A DNA stretch of 64,000 nucleotides from the human T2T-CHM13v2.0 reference genome, Homo sapiens. Below, piece by piece: positions 60,691-64,000 of this stretch. The stretch lies in the NCBI RefSeq assembly GCF_009914755.1, contig NC_060928.1. One strand, written 5' to 3'. How positions within the stretch are numbered: the stretch's first letter is position 1; each line of letters opens with the position of its first letter. Position numbers and translations under genes: made by a program. The notes under the pieces are model-generated. The model worked only from the letters and a program-made list of their open reading frames with translations, searched no databases and had not been told where the DNA came from.

Positions 60691-63341
60691 ATTACGTGCT
60701 TTCCTGGGGGGCCCTAAGCATGTATATTTAGATTAACCCTCATTATACTTCTCGGAGCTGTATGATGTACTGATGGTCCCAACATACTAGCCAGATAAAA
60801 GATGCAAATATTTTCTTGAACAAGTATACACAATCCTAATGAGAAATGAGCAGAAAATAGAACATCTATATAGGGGTATAATTAGACATGCATATGTACA
60901 CATACATATGTACATTTTATACATAATATATTTATTTTAAGAATTCTAAATATTGAATGTTTAATAAATTAACAATGTTAGCAAAGATGCTGAGATGAAT
61001 TGCTAATGGAAGAATACCTCAACATAACATTTTTGAGAAGTTATCTATCTCTATACAACTAAAATGAATATAACTATAGATCCAGCAATTCCAACTCTTA
61101 AAACTATCTACGGAAATAGGATTTTAAAGATATATGAATGAGAGTACTAGACCACTATTTATAGTGTGAAAAAAGAAAAAGAAAATGAAGAAAAGACAGG
61201 TGGTTCATCATTAAAGGAATGGTAATTTAAAAAAGTAATGAAATTGTGAATATTAGATAGGCCCTTGGAGATGTAACAGGAGATTAGTTCTGAATGGGAA
61301 AATTTGGGAGTGTTTCTATTTTAGTGGCCATGTTGTTGCTAAGAAACATGTCATATTTACCTGGAGTTGCTCAAAATTGTGTTAGATGTTATCATTAATT
61401 GAAAAAGAGCCTGGCTTACCTTGAGCTTGACCACCAGCCCCAGCTTCCTGACTGTGAGATGCCCCTATACCCTGCCATCAACTTAGCTTTTTGTTCTTTG
61501 CAGAGCAAGAGAATGAATGACTTGCTATGAACTCACCAAATGATCAGTCTGGTTCATGGTACAACCTTGTCCACTTCCCTAGGATCATTTCAGATGGATC
61601 AAGAGGTCTGTAGTCTAGAGGGGAATGTTCTTCTCAAATCCTATTATTAACACTTCACAATAGAAAAAAAATTACTTCAAATTACTTCCATTAAGGGTGG
61701 CAGACATAAATTCCCACTTAATGTTAAAAGGCATTCCTACATAAAAGTGCCCATCATAATGATAACCAAAACTATGGAAATGAATCCATTTAATAGGGAA
61801 GGGCATAGATGAAAGAACTAAGGGATAACCAATGTGCCTTAAAGCATATTGAAACTAGAGGGTAAGCATTTTGATATGTTTTTTCTTGTGTGGTCAAAAC
61901 ATTAACAGAGGAAGGAGCCATTTGAAATTGTCTCACTGCATTTCCTGGCCCACCTGAGTAATTACAATTTAAAGATCTGCCCAAAGGAATTAAAAATACG
62001 TAGGGTCATGTTTTCTTACTTTCAGAATGGAATATATAGTCATTAACTTAAATTAAGAAGGAAAAGAAACTAACCATCAAAATTGGAGGAATAAAAGAAA
62101 AATTTGTGATGTATGGTCATTTGCATACCGCATAGGTTGTCCTATGCATGTTGCAAAGAGGAAAGATTGGGATGAAGGGGTAATAATGAAACCCTGATAG
62201 CATATGAAGTATCTCATGGTCATGGTTGAAAGTCAAGTCTGGAAGGAATAAACTTTACTCTTTCAGGTGTTCAAAGAAAAAAATTAAAGGTAGAGCAAAG
62301 CATACTTCTTAGAATTAAGAGGTAAGAGATACAGTATAAAGGCAAACTGTTTTATAGAAAAAAAGTTGTTATCTACAATGTGTAAAAATTTTCTCTCATG
62401 AGCATGTGAGTAAGGAGAGTAAACAGTTTTTCTCAAACAATGAATACTACTGAAGGACAACCAGCCAAGTATGTACTTTGATAATAATGCAATATACTCC
62501 TTTCAAGTTTATCAGGTATTCTTATAATCAAAAGTGTGTCATAGATCCAAAATTTTGGTGATCTCTACTGTATTAGGAAAAAAATGAAGGGATATATAGA
62601 AATAATTTAGAGGTAAAGTAATATGAAGTAAACATCAATGGATTCTTAGAAGACAACATGGAAACATACGTAAAAATCATATAAAAGTTATGTAAAAGTA
62701 GTTGAGGCAGAGGGGAGTTCTCTCTGAAGGATCTTGCAGCCTAATTAGCCACATGAACTCCAATTATTTCCATGACTTTTATTGCTACTAAACTAAAAGA
62801 TACATTACATTAATTCCTTCCCAGTCCAATTGAGGATAAGTTGGCTAATAACAAGTGGATTTTTACTTAGTGTAATAAGGGTAAGTATAATATAATAATA
62901 TCATAAATAAAATAAACTACTAATCGTGGGAGCTGAAAAGAAATGCTTTCCAATAATAGAAATAAAATAAAAACTTTGTTTAAAGTACATATGAAAACCG
63001 TGCTAAAATTATTCATTAAAAAATAGAGGAGTATGACACCTGTATGTGTAATATTTATTACTTAAGGGATCTTTGGCTTTCCATTACTTTTTGAAGTCAT
63101 TCAGAAATTAGAGACAATTTTAAGCAGTTGAATATTTTATTTTGTTAGATGGTAATTATTCTGTCTGAACATGTGAAAATGCAAACAAAATATAAAAATA
63201 ATTACTTCTCACAGCATTAAAACACAGCTAGAAACAGTTTACTCCCAAAGTAAGCATTCAGGAAAGATTACCACTTTTAAATTCAAACTTTATTCTGATT
63301 TATTTGGAATGTCATGTATCAAAACTATTTGAACCAAAATG

Positions 63342-63356
63342 CCACAAGGTGGCAGT
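63342..63356 (+). promoter_or_regulatory. Candidate CTCF binding motif
   Basis: CCACAAGGTGGCAGT matches the CTCF core CCASYAGRKGGCRSY at 14 of 15 positions. Motif only; no binding evidence. Confidence 0.5.
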
Positions 63357-64000
63357 GGCCTGTCCAAGGTGCAGTCATAGAGCACTGAAGGACCTTCTCT
63401 TCAGCGTTGACATTCTATTTCCTTCTTATGCTTTTTTAAATAATTAATCTTTCTGATTGTGCCACATGAAATTTTCTGAATATACTTAGTGTTGAAGAAC
63501 TTTAGTGACCCATTTCCACAACCTTTATTATTCTCTTCACTACTGAAAGAAGAAACCAATAAGAGCAGAAAACATAAATTTATTATATGTTGTGTTCAGC
63601 CACCTAACTAGATGGCTTACATATTATATATCTAGAATATAGTTAAATATTCTTTAGATATTCAATACTGTTGAAGGGCTGAATACAGAATACAGTGTTT
63701 GCTGTCATCTCCAAACACAGTGCAGTCAATGACTAGGTATTTACTAAGCAGTTACAACTCTCTTGTGATTTCCAGGCACCTATACTGGCTGTGACAGCTT
63801 ATTTCATTTACCTGTTTAAAATATGCTTTCACACATATATTTTATTAATAGACATATAATATATTGTGTCTAATAAAGTGATCATGTATTATCTCTTAAT
63901 TATAATGAGATAAACTGGGATTGAGAGAATTTGTCACAGTGGATTTTGACTGTTTATTTTCCCCTGTGAAAATGATGAAATAATCTTCAAAATTATCATT

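Noticed and set aside
61503-61558. Possible exon after ttttgttctttgcag
   Set aside because: The acceptor is good but the following donor (ATG|gtacaa) is weak, and there is no other support.
63841-63877. Imperfect AT-rich inverted repeat
   Set aside because: Low complexity with bulges; expected by chance at this AT content.

Overview
This is AT-rich primate genomic DNA, almost certainly human: it carries an AluYa5 with all five diagnostic positions. The window is nearly all intron of CFAP299 (C4orf22) on the + strand; the gene is identified from my recollection of its protein sequence, not from a database search. Two coding exons are supported: a 91-nt exon at 27154-27244 (TLTSAGKDLQDNFLTALAMREEDNRSGKLS) and a 51-nt in-frame cassette exon at 52401-52451 (LNQQETDAAHTLKKQLA). 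The rest is interspersed repeats: an ERV1 internal segment, two large decayed L1MA-type elements in opposite orientation, L1PA/L1ME/L1MC fragments, about ten Alus, MaLR/ERVL LTRs, L2, MIR, CR1 and MER5A. There is also a repeat-poor block at about 52-59 kb with candidate regulatory sites. None of the ORFs in the supplied track looks like a real gene; they are repeat-derived or chance. I found no convincing new biological system. The best leads are modest: a young, possibly polymorphic AluYa5 forming a close inverted Alu pair, a 60-bp hairpin-containing insert inside an Alu, the cassette exon, a candidate poison exon, and a few motif clusters. Repeat subfamily calls and many boundaries are by eye and approximate.
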